NCBI RefSeq assembly: GCF_009914755.1
Contig: NC_060931.1
From: the human T2T-CHM13v2.0 reference genome, Homo sapiens
Length of the DNA: 64,000 bases
Strand: one strand, 5' to 3'
Positions 46,888 to 62,327 of this stretch are shown piece after piece (the stretch's first letter is position 1; each line of letters starts with the position of its first letter). The notes under the pieces are model-generated. The model worked only from the letters and a program-made list of their open reading frames with translations. It did no database searches and had not been told where the DNA came from. The position numbers and the translations under genes were made by a program.

Positions 46888-47913
46888 TTACAATTTGGCA
46901 TGTTTTTACAGTGGCTGGTACCAATTTTTCCTTTCCATGTTTAGTGCTTCCTTCAGGAGCTCTTGTAAGGCAGGCCTGGTGGTGGCAACAATCTCTCAGC
47001 GTTTGCTTGTCTGTAAAGGATTTTATTTCTCCTTCACTTAGGAAGCCTAGTTTCGCTGGATATGAAATTCTGGGTTGAAAATTCTTTTCTTTAAGATATT
47101 GAATATTGGTCCCCACCCTCTTCTGGCTTGTAGGGTTTCTGCCGAGAGATCTGCTGTTAGTCTGATGGGCTTCCCTTTGTGGGTAACTCGACCTTTCTCT
47201 CTGGCTGCCCTTAACATTTTTTCCTTCATTTCAACCTTGGTGAATCTGACAGTTATGTGTCTTGGGGTTGCTCTTCTCAAGGAATATCTTTGTGGCATTC
47301 TCTGTATTTCCTGAATTTGAATGTTGGCCTGCCTTGCTAGGTTGGGGAAGTTCTCCTGGATAATATCCTGAAGAGTGTTTTCCAACTTGGTTCCATTCTT
47401 CCCATCACTTTCAGGTATACCAATTAAATGTAGATTTGGTCTTTTCACATAATCCCATATTTCTTGGAGGCTTTGTTCATTTCTTTTTACTCTTCTTTGT
47501 CTAAACTTGTCTTCTTGCTTTATTTCATTAATTAGATCTTCAGTCACTGATATCCTTTCTTCCACTTGATCAAATCAGCTACTGAAGCTCGTGCATGCAT
47601 CACAAAGTTCTTATGCCATGGTTTTCAGCTCCATCAGGTCATTTAAGGTCTTCTCTACACTGTTTATTGTAGTTAGCCATTCGTCTAACCTTTTTTCAAG
47701 GTTTTTAGCTTCCTTGCGATGGGTTAGAACATGCTCCTTTAGCTCGGAGAAGTTTGTTATTACCGACCTTCCGAAGCCTACTTCTCTCAACTCATCAAAG
47801 TCATTCTTCATCCAGCTTTGTTCCATTGCTGGCCAGGAGCTGCGATCCTTTGGAGGAGAAGAGGCACTTTGCTTTTTAGAATTTTCTGCTTTTCTGCTCT
47901 GGTTTCTCCCCAT
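46888..47913 (-). pseudogene. L1 ORF1p, disrupted
   Basis: MGRNQSRKAENSKKQSASSPPKDRSS..., EIWDYVKRPNL, split over three ORFs. Confidence 0.93.
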
Positions 47914-48495
47914 CTTTGTGGTTTTATCTACCTTTGGTCTTTGTTGTTGGTGACCTACAGATGGGGTTTTGGATTGGATGTCCTTTTTGTTGATGTTGAT
48001 GCTATTCCTTTCCGTTTGTTAGTTTTTCTTCTAACAGTCAGGTCCCTCAGCTGCAGATCTGTTGGAGTTTGCTGGAGGTCCACTGCAGACCCTGTTTTCC
48101 TGGGTATCACCAGCAGAGGCTGCAGAACAGCAAATATTGCTGCCTGATCCTTCTGCTGGAAGCTTCATCCCAGAGGGGCACCTACCTGTATGAGGTGTCT
48201 TTCGGCCCCTACTGGGAGGTGTCTCCCAGTTAGGCTACATGGGAGTCAGGGACCCATTTGAGGAGGCAGTGTGTCCTTTCTTAGCACTCAAATGCCATGC
48301 TTGGAGAATCACTGCTCTCTTTGGGGCTGTCAGACAGCGATGTTTAAGTCTGCAGAAGTTTCTGCTGCTTTTTATTCAGCTATGCCCTGCTCACAGAGGT
48401 GGAATCTATAGAGGCAGTAGGCCTTGCTGAACTGTGGAGGGCTCTACCCATTTTGAGCTTTCTGGCCTCTTTGTTTACCTACTCAAGCCTCAGCA

Positions 48496-48729
48496 ATGGT
48501 GGACGCCCCTCCCTCCACCAGGCTGCAGCCTTGCAGGTCGATCTCAGACTGCTGCGCTAGCAGTGAGCAAGGCTCCATGGGTGTAGGACCCGCCAAGCCA
48601 GGCACAAGAGAGAATCTCCTGATCTGCCGGTTGCTAAGGTCGTGGGAAAAATGCAGTATTTGGGCAGAAGTGTCCTGTTTTTCCAGGTACAGTCTGTCAC
48701 AGCATCTCTTGGAAAGGGAAATCCCCTGA
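48496..48729 (+). CDS. LINE-1 ORF0 homologue (77 aa, open) in the L1 5'UTR, antisense to the L1
   Basis: MVDAPPSTRLQPCRSISDCCASSEQGSMGVGP... resembles primate ORF0 (MAGAPPPASLPPCSLISDCCASNQRDSVGVGP...); ATG in gcaATGg context; expression not shown. Confidence 0.7.
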   Translation: MVDAPPSTRLQPCRSISDCCASSEQGSMGVGPAKPGTRENLLICRLLRSWEKCSIWAEVSCFSRYSLSQHLLEREIP

Positions 48730-50960
48730 CCCCTTGTGCTTCCTGAAGTTCTGCTTTGGCTCACCCTCCATGGGCTGCACCCACTGTCCAACCAGTCCCA
48801 GTGAGATGAACCAGGTACCTCAGTTGGAAATGCAGAAATCACTTGTCTTCTGCGTTGATCATGCTGGGAGCTGCAGAACAGAGCTTTTCCATTTGGCCAT
48901 CTTGGAATGGACCCAAAACTCTAATTTTAAAGTCTTTCTCTCACTGATAAGTGAATAGAAGATAATATAGAAAACATGGCAAATTTCATCTGGAATAAAT
49001 TTATGCTCAAATTGTCTATTTGTTGATTCTGCTCACTAGCTTCAGGTATTTTCATGTGTTTTATAATTTTGGCAGTCTGTCTAATTTTTTAAAATTGATA
49101 TTTTATTAATATACCATAAAAATCACCCTTTGATAGTATACAATTCATGGTTTTTAGTGTGTTTACAAAGTTGTGCAACCATCACTTCCATTGAATTCGA
49201 GAACATTTTCATCATCCCCCAAAGAAACTCCATATCATTAGTTGTTACTTTGTCACTCCAATTCCTTCCTGACCTCAGCCCTGGCAACCACTATTCTAAT
49301 TTTTATGTTTATGGCTTTGCCTGTTCTGGCTATTTCATATAAATAGAATTATACAATACATGGCCTTTGTGTCTGGCTTCTTTTACTTAGCATAATGCTT
49401 TCAAGGTTCATTAATATTGAAGCATGTATACATACTTTATTTATTTTATGGCCGAATAATATTCCATTGAATGGATATACCACCTTCTGTTAATCACTTG
49501 ACAAAAAATGTTGTTGGTCCCAATAATTAACTATTATGAATAATACTGCTATTTGCAGTCATGTAACAAGTTTTTGCATGAACATTGTTTTCAATTACCT
49601 TGGGATATAGCTAAGAGTTGAATTACTAGGCTATATGGTAACTCTATATTTAACTTCGTGAGTAATAATGAAGCTATTTTCCAAACAGGCTGTACCATTT
49701 TATAATCTCACCAGCAGTTTATATGGTTTCCAACTTTTCTAGATCTTTACCAACATTTGTTATTGTCTTCTTTGAGAGAGCCTTCCTAGTAGACTAGTCA
49801 AGTAATATTTTCTGTGGTTTTGATGTTCATTTCACTGATGATTCAAAAATGTATTATACCGTTTTCATGTGCTTATTAATTATTTGATGGAAAATTTTCT
49901 ATTCAAATCCTTTGCCCATTTTAAGTTGAGTTATTTGCCTTTTATTTTTGAATTGTAAGATTTATTTATATATTCTGGATTTTCTTCAAAGAATTGTGAT
50001 GTACTTGGCATTAATTATTTAAATGTTCAGTATAATTCACCACTGAAGCCATTTGGGCTTGGGTTTTTCCTTGTGGGATGTTTATTATTATTATTATTAT
50101 TATTACTAATTTAATCTCCTTATCTTTTATAGGTCTTTTCAGATTTTTCATTTCTCCTTCACTCAGTTTTGGTAGTTTGTGTCTTTCTAGAATTTGTTTA
50201 TTCAGATAGGTAATCAAAAATGTTGGTATATAATTGTTCACAGTAGTCCCTTAAAATTCTTATTTTAATTTTTTGTTATTATTAATAATGTTCCCTCTTT
50301 CACTCATGATTTTAGTAATTTGAGTCTTCTCTCTTTTATTCTTGGTCAGGTCTGGCTAAAGGCTTATTAAATTTGTTGATATTTTCAAAGAATCAACTTT
50401 TGGTTTTGTTGGCTTTCTTGTTTATTAATATTTTCTATTCTCTATTTCATGTATTTAGGTTCTAATCTGTATTATTTTCTTACTCCTTGTTTTGTGTTTA
50501 GTTAGCTTTTTTTTCTAGTTTCTTATAACAGAAAGGTAGGTTATTGATGTGAGATTGTCTTCTTTTTCTATATAAGCTTTCAGAACCATAAATCTCTCTC
50601 TTAATTACTTCTTTAGCTACATATTATATATTATGATATGTTGCATTTTAAAATTTTCATTCATCTCAAGCTGTTTTTAAGTTTTTCTTATGATTTCTTT
50701 TTTGATCCATTGGTTGGTTAAGGATGTGTTGCTTTATTTCCACATATATAAAAATTTCACAAATTTCCTTCTAGTATTGATTTCTAATTTCATTTCTTTG
50801 TATGTCATGTCAATTCTTTGTATGATTTGAATTCTTTTAAAATTTTAAGACTTCTTTTATGCCCTACCATGTTCTTTCCTGGAGAATTTCTGTATGCACA
50901 CAAGAATAATATGTATTCTGCTGTTGTTTGGTGGACCAAATAGATGTCTGTTAGGTGTAG

Positions 50961-51307
<347 letters not shown>

Positions 51308-51666
51308 TTCAGTTTAGTTGTTCTAGTCATTATTGGAAGTGTTATATTAAAGTCTCCAGCCATTATTGTTGAATTGTTTATTTTTCCCTTCAATTCTGTC
51401 ACTTTTTGTTTCATTCTGGGGCTCTGATGTTAGCTGCATATGTGTTTATAATTGTTATATATTCTTGATAAATTGGCCCTTGTATCATTATAAAATTTTG
51501 CTATTTGTTTCTAGCAACAATTTTTTTTGTCTGAACGTCTATTTTGCCTGATATTAGTATGTCCGTTCTAGCTCTCTTTTGGTTACCGCGTGGATAGTAT
51601 ATATTTTTTTCCATCCTTTTACTTTTAGCCTATTTTTGTCTTGAATCTAAATTGTGTTTTATACAC

Positions 51667-52008
51667 TAACGGTCCCCAACCTTTTTAGCACCAGGGACCA
51701 GTCCTGTGGAAGACAATTTTTCCACAGGCAGGAGCCAGAGGGGATGATTTTGGGATGAAACTATTCCACCTCAGATCATCAGGCATTAGTTAGATTCTCA
51801 TAAGGAGCACACAACCTAGATCCCTCGCATGTGCAGTTCACAATTGGGTTTGTGCTCCTGTGAAGATCTATTGCCTCTGTTGATCTGACAGGAGGTGGAG
51901 TGCATGTGGTAATGCTCAGTCACTCACTGCTCACCTCCTGCTGTGCAGCCAGGTTCCTAATAGGCCACGGACTGCTACCAGCCTGCAGCCTGGGGATGGG
52001 GACTCCTG
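51667..52008. mobile_element. MER1B (hAT-Charlie)
   Basis: ggtccccaaccttttt...gttagattctcataaggagc...ggggactcctg; imperfect 8-bp TSD ttatacac/ttgtagac. Confidence 0.92.
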
Positions 52009-52885
52009 TTGTAGACAACATATTTTTGGATTTTTTTCTTTAAATCTTTGCTGTTTGATTGGCATGATTACTTTATTTACATTTATTGTAGTTGCTAGGA
52101 TACAAGAAATTTACCATTTTGCCTTTTCTTTTTTATATCATGTATCTTTTGGGTTCACCTGTTCCTTCGTTACTGCCTTCTTTTGTGTTAAATATTTTCT
52201 AGTATATCATTTTAATTCCCTTATTTGTTTTATTATTTTTTTGAGTTGTTGTCTCAGTGGTTGCCCTGAAGATTACAAATAACACAGTAATTTATAACAA
52301 CCTAATTTGGATTATTACCAACTTAATTAATTAACTAATTAATTTTTTAAAGATACATTTTCTATTTCAATAGTTTTTGAAGTACAAGTGGTTTTTGGTT
52401 ACATGAATGAATTGTTTAATGGTGAAGTCTGAGATTTTAGTGCACCCATCACTCAAATAGTGTACATTGTACCCAATATCTATTACTGTATTAGATATTA
52501 GATGTAATTAGATATTAATACTAATACTGTATCAGTCCATTTTCACACTGCTGATAATACCCCTTCCCACTCTTCCCACCAAGTCTCCAAAGTCCACTAT
52601 ACCACTCTGAATGTATATAGTATTTGGTTTTTTATTCCTGAATTACTTCACTTAGAATAATGACCTCCAATTCCATCCAAGTTCCTGCAAAAGACATTAT
52701 TTCATTCTTTTTTATGGCTGAGTAGTATTCCATGATGTCTATATACCATATTTTCTTCATCCACTGATAGGATGATGGGCACTTACGTTGGATCCACATC
52801 TTTGCAATTGTGAATTGTGCTGCAATAAACATATTCATGCAGGTGTCTTTTTAATATAATGACTTCTTTTCCTTTGGATACATAC

Positions 52886-53254
52886 TATATTAGTCCATTT
52901 CCATGCTGCTGATAAAGACCCGAGACAGGGCAATTTACAAAAGAAAGATGTTTAATTGGACTTCAGTTCCACGTGGGTGGGGAAGCCTCACAATTATGGA
53001 GGAAGGAAAGGAGGAGCAAGTCCCGTCTTACTTGGATGGCAGCAGGCAAAGACAGAATGAGGAAGATGCAAAAGTGGAAACCCCTCATAAAACCATCAGA
53101 TCTCTTGAGACTTATTGACTACCACGAAAACAGTATGGGAGAAACCACCCCCATTATTCAATGATCTCTTTCCAGGTTTCTTCCACAACACGTGGGAATT
53201 ATGGGTGTAGAATTCAAGATGAGATTTGGGTGGGGACACAGCCAAACCATATCA
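52886..53254 (-). mobile_element. THE1 (A/B-like) solo LTR
   Basis: Ends gggacacagccaaaccatatca; 5-bp TSD CATAC at 52881-52885 and 53255-53259. Confidence 0.95.
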
Positions 53255-56200
53255 CATACCTAGTAGTGGTATCACAGGATTAAATGGTAAATCCTACTTT
53301 TAGTTCTTTGAGAACTCTTTATACTGTTTTCCATAAAGGGTGCACTGATTTATATTCCCACCAGCAGTTTTCCCTTTTCACCACACCCATGCCAACATCT
53401 GTTGTTTTTTGATTTTTTAATAATGGCCATTCTGGCTGAGGTAAGGTGGTATGTCATTGTGGTTTTAATTTGCATGTCCCTGATGATTAGTGATATTGAG
53501 CACATTTTCATATGTTTGTTGGCCATTTGTATGTCTTCTGTTGAGAAGTGTCTATTCATGTCATTTTCCCACTTTTTGATGGGATTGCATTTTTCTTGCT
53601 GATTTGAGTTCCTTGTAGATTCTGGATATTAGTCCTTTTTTGGATGCATAGTTTGCAAATATTTTCTCCCATTCTGTTAGTTGTCTTTTTACTCTGATGA
53701 TTGTCTCTTTTGCTGTGGAGAAGCTTTTTAGTTTAATTAGGTTTTATGTATTTTTTTTCTTGTTGCATTTGCTTTTGAGTTCTTAGTTATAAATTCATTG
53801 ACTAGTCAATGTCCAGAATAGTTTTCCCTAGGTTTTCTCCAAGAGTTTTTATGGTTTCAGGTCTTAGATTTAAGACTTTAATCCAACTTGAGTTGATTTT
53901 TGTATGTGGTGAGAGATAGGGATCCAGTTTCATTCTTCTACATGTGGCTACCCAGTTTTCCCAGCACCATTTATTGAATAGGATGTCCTTTCCCCAATTT
54001 ATGTTTTTGTATGCTTTGTTGAAGATTAGTTGGTTGTAAATATTTGGCTTTACTTCTGAGCTCTCTATTCTGTTCCATTAGTCTATATATCTACTTTTAT
54101 AACAGGACTATGCTGCTTTGGTTACCATAGCCTTTTGTAGTATAATTTGAAGTTCAGTAATGTGACACCTCCAGATTTGTTCTTTTTTGCTTAGGGTTGC
54201 CTTGGCTATTTGGGCTCTTTTTTTGGTTCCATATGAATTTTAGAATTGTTTTTTCTAATCCTGTGAAAAATGATATTGCTATTTTGATAGGAATTGTATG
54301 GAATCTGTAAATTGCTTTGGTCAGTATGGTTATTTTCATGATATTGATTCTTCCATACCGTGAGCATGGGATGTATTTCCATTTGATTTTATCATCTATG
54401 ATTTCTCTCAGCAGTGTTTGGTAGTTCTCCTTGTAGAGATCTTTCACCTTCTTGGTTAAGTATATTTTAAGATATTTTAAATTTTTGCAGCTATTGTAAA
54501 GAAGGATTGAGTTCTTGATTTCATTCTCAGATTGGTCATTTTTGGTGTATAGCCATGCTACTGGTTTGTATACGTTGATTTTGTAACCTGAGACTTTATT
54601 GAATTCATTTATCAAATCTAGGGTCTTTTGGAGGAATCTTTAGAGTTTTCTGGACAATCTTTAGAGTTTTCTAGACAGTTGGATATCCTCTTTCCCAATT
54701 TGGATGCCTTTTATTTCTTTCCCTTGCCTGATTGCTCTAACTAGCATTTCCAGTTCTATGTTGAATAGAAATGGTGAAAGTGGGTATCCTTTTCTTGTTC
54801 CAGTTCTTAGGGGAAATGCCTTTGACTTTTCCCTATTTAGTATGTTGTTGGCTGTGGGTTAGTCATATATTGCTTTTGATATTTTTGGGTATGTTCTTTC
54901 TATGCTTATTTTGTTGAGGGTTTTTATCTTAAAGGGATGCTGGATCTTATTGAATGCTTTTTCTGCATTTATTGAGATGATCATATGGTTTTTGCTTTTA
55001 ATTTTATGTGGTGAATTAAATTAAAGGTCACATTTGTGACCTTTCAGACTTTTTGAATTAGGCATTTCATGCTGTAAACATTCCTTTTAACACACTTTGC
55101 TGTATCCCAGAGGTTTTGATAACTTATGTTGCTATTTTTCATTTTGAAGAATTTTAAATTACCATCTTGATTTCATTGTCAACCCCAAAATCACTCAGGG
55201 GCAAATTATTTAATTTCTATGTATTTGTATAGTCTTGAGGGTCCTTTTTGGAGTTGATTTCTAGTTTTATTCCACTGTGGTCTGAGAAGATAGGATTTTG
55301 ACTTAAAAAAATTTATTGAGACTTGTTTTGTGGCCTCTCATATAATCTATCTTGAAAATGTTTAATGTTCTGATTAGAAGAATGTATATTCTGCAGTTCT
55401 TGGGTAGAATGTTCTGCAAATATATGTTAGGTCTATTTGTGCTAGAGTGCAATTTAGTCGAGTGTTTCTCTTTGTTGACTTTCTGCCTTGAGGATCGGTC
55501 TGTGCTGTCAGTGGAGTGTTGAAGTTCCTCATTATAATTGTGCTGCTGCCTATCACTTTGCTTAGGTCTAGTAATAATTGTTTTATAAATCTGGGAGCTC
55601 CAGAGTTAGGTGGGTATATATTTAGGATTGTAATATCTTGTTGTTAAATTGATCCTCTTATTGTTATATAATGACCTTTTTCTTATTTTTACTGTTGTTG
55701 CCTTAAAATCTGTTTTATCTGATATTATAATAGCTACTACTGTTCATTTTTTGTTTCCATTTTCATGTAACATATTTTCCACCCGTTTACCTTGAATCTA
55801 TAAGAGTCTTTATGTGTTAGTGAGTCTCTTGAAGACAGAAGATATTTCGTTTGTGAGTTTTTATCCATTCTGCCAATCTGTATTTTTTAAGTGCAGCATT
55901 TAGACCACATTTAACATTAATATTGAGATATAAAGTACTATTTCAGTCATCATGTTGATTGTTACCTAGATACTTTAACTTCTTCACTATGTTATTGTTT
56001 CATAGGCCTGTGAGTTTTATGCTTTCAAGAGGTTCTATTCTAGTGCATATGGACCTTTTGTTTCAAGATTTAGAATTCCTTTTAGCCGTTCTTATAGGGC
56101 TTGTTTGGTAATGACAAATTCCCCCAGCATTTGCTTGTCTGAAAGATACTTTACTTTTGCATAATTTATGAAACCTAGTTTTACTGGATACAAAATTATT

Positions 56201-57118
56201 GGCTGATAGTTATTCCATTTGAGGATGCTAAAGATAGGACCCCAGTCCCTTCTGGCTTGTATGGTTTTTGCTGATAATTCTGCTGCTAGTCTGGTAGGTT
56301 TTCCTTTGTAGGTTACATGATACTTTTGTTTCAATACTCATAATTCTTTCCTTTACATTGAGTTTAGATAATTTGATGACTATATAGCTTGGTGATATTC
56401 TTTTTGCAATGAATATCTTAGGAGTTCTCTGAGCTTCTTGTATTTTGATGTCTAAATCTCCAGCAACGCCCAGGAGGTTTTCCTCAATTATTCCCTCAAA
56501 TAAGTTTTCCACACTTTTTGTTTTTTCTTCTCTCTCAGGAACACTAATCATTCTTTGGTTTGGATAATTTACATAATGCCATATTTCTTGGAGACATTGT
56601 TTCTTTTAAATTCTCTGTCTTTTTTTTTTGTCTGATTGGGTTAATTTGAAAGCCTTGTCTTCAAGCTCTGAAATTCTTTCTTTTACTTGATCTAGTCTAT
56701 TGTTAAAACTTTCCAGTACATTCTGTAATTCCCTAAATGTGTCTTTTATTTCCAGAAGTTCTGATTACTTTTTAAAAAATATCTGTCTCTTTAGAAAATT
56801 TTCCATTCATATCCTGAATTTTTTTTACATTTCTTTATGTTGGTTTTCACCTTTCTCTTGTATCTCCTTGAGTAACTTAATAATCAACCTTTTGAATTTT
56901 TTATCTGATATCTCAAAGATGTCATCTTGGTCTGTATGCATTGTTAGAGAGCTAGTGTGATCTTTTAGGGGTGTTACAGAACCCTGTTTTGTCATATTGC
57001 CAGAATTATTTTTCTGGTTCCTTCTAATTTGGGTTGATGATTTCTTCTAATTATTTTTAATTTATTTTTTGACTGTTTATTTTTAAATTTCCTTCCCCCC
57101 CTTGAAGATGTGACTTTA

Positions 57119-58685
<1,567 letters not shown>

Positions 58686-60389
58686 TTACAGTTTATTGAA
58701 ACTTAATTCAGCTCTTGGTGCTTTCAAGGGTGAAGACTCTGTATGAGTTCCTTTGTAGAGGATGATGCCTAAAAACTGCTTAGTGTGTGAGCAGGTTCAC
58801 TATCTTCTGTGGGGTTGGAATGGTAGAGGTCTCTTGAGGCTTATGTCATTCCTTAGTGGTGTACATTTATTTGTTTATTAATTTTTCCCCAGTATTTTGT
58901 TTACTGGGTTGCATAGTTCAGACTTCAGGCAGTAGAGGGGATATCTATGGGTAAAAACAAGCTGTGGCTAAAACAGGTGGGTAAATGCAATACCCAGTGG
59001 TGGGCAGGGGTCCAAGTTTTGACAGAGGCAGCTGGGAGAGTCCTCAGTGAAACACACTGAGGTCTTTTTAGGGGGAAAGGAAGAAGCCACCTCAACTCCA
59101 CTGCCAAGCCAGCAGAAAAGTGGACTACCTCCCAGTCACATTCCTGATCCAGTGTTCTAGCTATTCAGATTAAACAGGCATCTGTTTTTGTCTGCAGGAA
59201 TGCTGAATGCTGATGTTTCATGTACAGAGGGATTGTAACTCTACCCCTCATGCAAGCCTGAACCTGGAGGGCACTCCTCCTGTGGAGATGCAGTCACCCT
59301 GAAGTGTTCTAGAAAGGCTGTCTACAGATGCACCCACACCAAGCTCCTGCAGGAGAAGCCCCACTATGTCTGCAATGGTGGGTGAGAGGAAGAAGAAGTC
59401 CTTTTCACCAAACCTTTCACAAGTACCAGGGCTGCTTGACTGTTGGGGTAGAACTGTAGGCTTTCCCCCACTGAGCCCAGCACTGCACCTGTGGCTCTGC
59501 TGAATGAAAATTTTCACAAGCAAAAGTTCTGAGACTCAACGTCTGCCATGTGGATTATTTGTTCCCATGGGGTGCTCCCTTGATGTGATGGACTTCCCCT
59601 TGCCCCAGGAGTAGGAGTCCCTCCCTGAGGGCCAAACTACTGTGAATGCTGCTGCTCCTCTGAGTCTAGCCACCCAGTGGGGCTGCCACACTACACTCCA
59701 GGCTGGTGATGAGCAATATCTGCAAGGGTTACAGTAATGTGACCTGTCCTCTAGTCTCCCAGGAGCAGGTACCAGCACCAACTCTGATGGGGGTGGCAGA
59801 GGAGTGATATAGAATCTGTGAGATACCTTGGTTAGAAATAGCTGTAGAGTGTTGGCTTTTTCAAATGCCAGCTGTAGTAGTGATTCATTAATAGACTCAG
59901 AACCTTCTGGTTAGCCAGGATGATGCACGCGATGGTGATATCTGAGGTCACATACAAGTTTTTTTTTTTTTTTCATGGCACTCTGTTCTTCTGCCTACAG
60001 ATGCTGTAACAGACTGTGTTGATTGGCCTTCAGCTAGGAGGTAGTGATGGGATTTATGCTTGCTTTATACTACCTAGGGAAAGTACTCTGGTGTCTCAGG
60101 CAATGGGCAGGACCACAGACCTCTCAAAAATTTCTGTCCTTTGTATTAAGTGACCATAGTGGGTGGAGGGGTAAGGTCAGGTCGGGGCTGAGACAGGCAA
60201 GTCCACTCTCTGGCTCTGCACATGTGGATACAAGCTGTGGTTCCAGTGGGGATTGGAGGGCCGTTCTCTAGCCACTGGGGTAATGTTCCAAGAAGGAGTA
60301 CAACTGCCTCTGCTGCACAGAAGAGTCAGCAAAGGGAGTGGGGAGTAGCAAGCAGCAGTAGGCTAATCCAGCTCCTATGTGCTTATCTG

Positions 60390-61760
60390 CTAGAGGTCTT
60401 TATTTGTTCATGTGGATTTAAGTTACTCTTTTATTTCATTCTAAAGGGCTTTTTAAAGTATGTCTTTTAGGGCAGGTTTGCTAGTGACACATTCTCTTGG
60501 TTTTGGTTTATCTAGGAATGTCTTTATTTATTTTCAAATTTTATTTTGAAGAACAATTTTGCTGGATATAAAATTTTTGGTTGGCAATTATTTTCTTTCA
60601 GTACTTCTATTGTGTCATTCCACTGATTTCTGGTATCCATTTTTTTAAAATGAGAAATCAGCAATTAATACTATTGATTATCTTTTGTATGTGATGATAT
60701 TTGTATTTCACGACTTGCTTCTGTCTTGCTGCTTTTAGGCTTCTCTCTTTGGTTTATCCTTTGACAGCTTGATTGTAATGTCTTGATCTGAATCTCATTG
60801 AGTTTATCCTACTTAGAATTAGTTGAACTTTTTGGATGTGTAGATTAATATTTTTCTTCAAGTTTGGAAATTTTTCATGCATTTTATCTTCTAATATTTT
60901 TCTGCCTTTTTCTCTTCTCTACTTCTGAGACTTACGTTATACATATGTTGGTATGCTTGATGGTGTCCCACAGGTCTCTGAGACTCTATTTTTCTTTCTG
61001 TTTTTCAGACTAGATTATCTCAATTAATTTATCTTCAAGTTCACCAATTTTCACCTCTGCCAGCTCAAATCTGCTGTTGTGCCATTCTAGTAAATTTTCC
61101 ATTTCAGTTGTACTTTTCAACTCCATAATTTCTACTTGGCTCTTTTAAAAAATAATTTCTATTTCTATTGACATTCTCCAATTGATGAGGCATTATTTCC
61201 TTTATTTCTTTAGAAATAGTTTTCTTTACTTGTTTGTACATGTTTAAATTATCTGATTTAAAGTCTTTTTATAGTAAGTCCAGTGTCTGGGCTTTCTCAT
61301 GCACAAGTTCTATTGACTGCTTTTGTTTTGCATGTGGGCCATACTTTCTCTCTTTTTTTTTTTGTTTGTTTGTTTTTGCATGTCTAAGAATTTTTCTGTT
61401 GAAAACTAGACATTTAAAATAATACAGTATAGCAATTCTGGAAATCTAATTTGACTTCCTCCCTAGAATTTGTAATGGTGCCATGTTTTATTATTGTTGC
61501 TGATATTGTTTGTTTAGTGAATTTCCTGAACTAATTAAATGAAGTCTATATTCTTTGTCATGTTTACACACTGAAGTCTGTTCAGTTAGCTTGGCAGTCC
61601 ACTAATCATTGGAAAGACATTTCCTTAAATGCTTGTTTCCCTGCCATTGCCAAGAGTCTCTTCATATGTGCTAAGGGATATCTTCAATGCTCAAGCAGGC
61701 AGTTCACAACTTTTCCTTAACCTTCACTTATTGTTTGTGCAGAACCCCAAGTTCATTCAT
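60390..61760 (-). mobile_element. L1M4-type ORF1/5' region
   Basis: ttttgctggatataaaatttttggttggc, gagaaatcagc, ggtgtcccacaggtctctgag motifs. Confidence 0.75.
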
Positions 61761-62285
61761 CAGTCTCTTAGTGAGATTATAAGAATAGCAGCAAGAATGA
61801 CTTTTATCTTATCCAGCATGCAGCAGAACAGACTCTTCTCCTTTAGCCGATGAAGCCTCTATTGACAATTTGATTATGGAGAAGAAGTAACTAATGCTTT
61901 TATACTCTGTGTTTGGCAAAAGAAGTCATGCCCTTTAGATTGTTTGTTTTACAAAGAAACCCGTTGCATATCTTGGAGTTTCTCTTCATGTCCTGTGATA
62001 TTGCACAAGTAACTAAATGTCAAACAGAATATAGTTTCTACAGTTTAGTTCTTTATTTGTTATAGCCATGCCATTCCTTCTCTGCATGAAAATACAAGCA
62101 TGGCTATTTGTTTAAAGAAACTGCAACTGACGATCATGTTCCAAGGCAGTTGCAAGATAGATCACTAAAGCAACTTTCAATAAGTAACTTTCTGCATCAT
62201 TCCATGATTCATGCCACTTAGACTGAAATGTAACCCACAAACAGATTTAGTGTCAACTCTGGCAGTAACTTCCTCCCTGAAAAAC

Positions 62286-62327
<42 letters not shown>
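62286..62327. repeat. (ATG)14 trinucleotide microsatellite in place of the L1 tail
   Basis: Direct reading; abuts the L1PA7 3' end. Confidence 0.98.
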
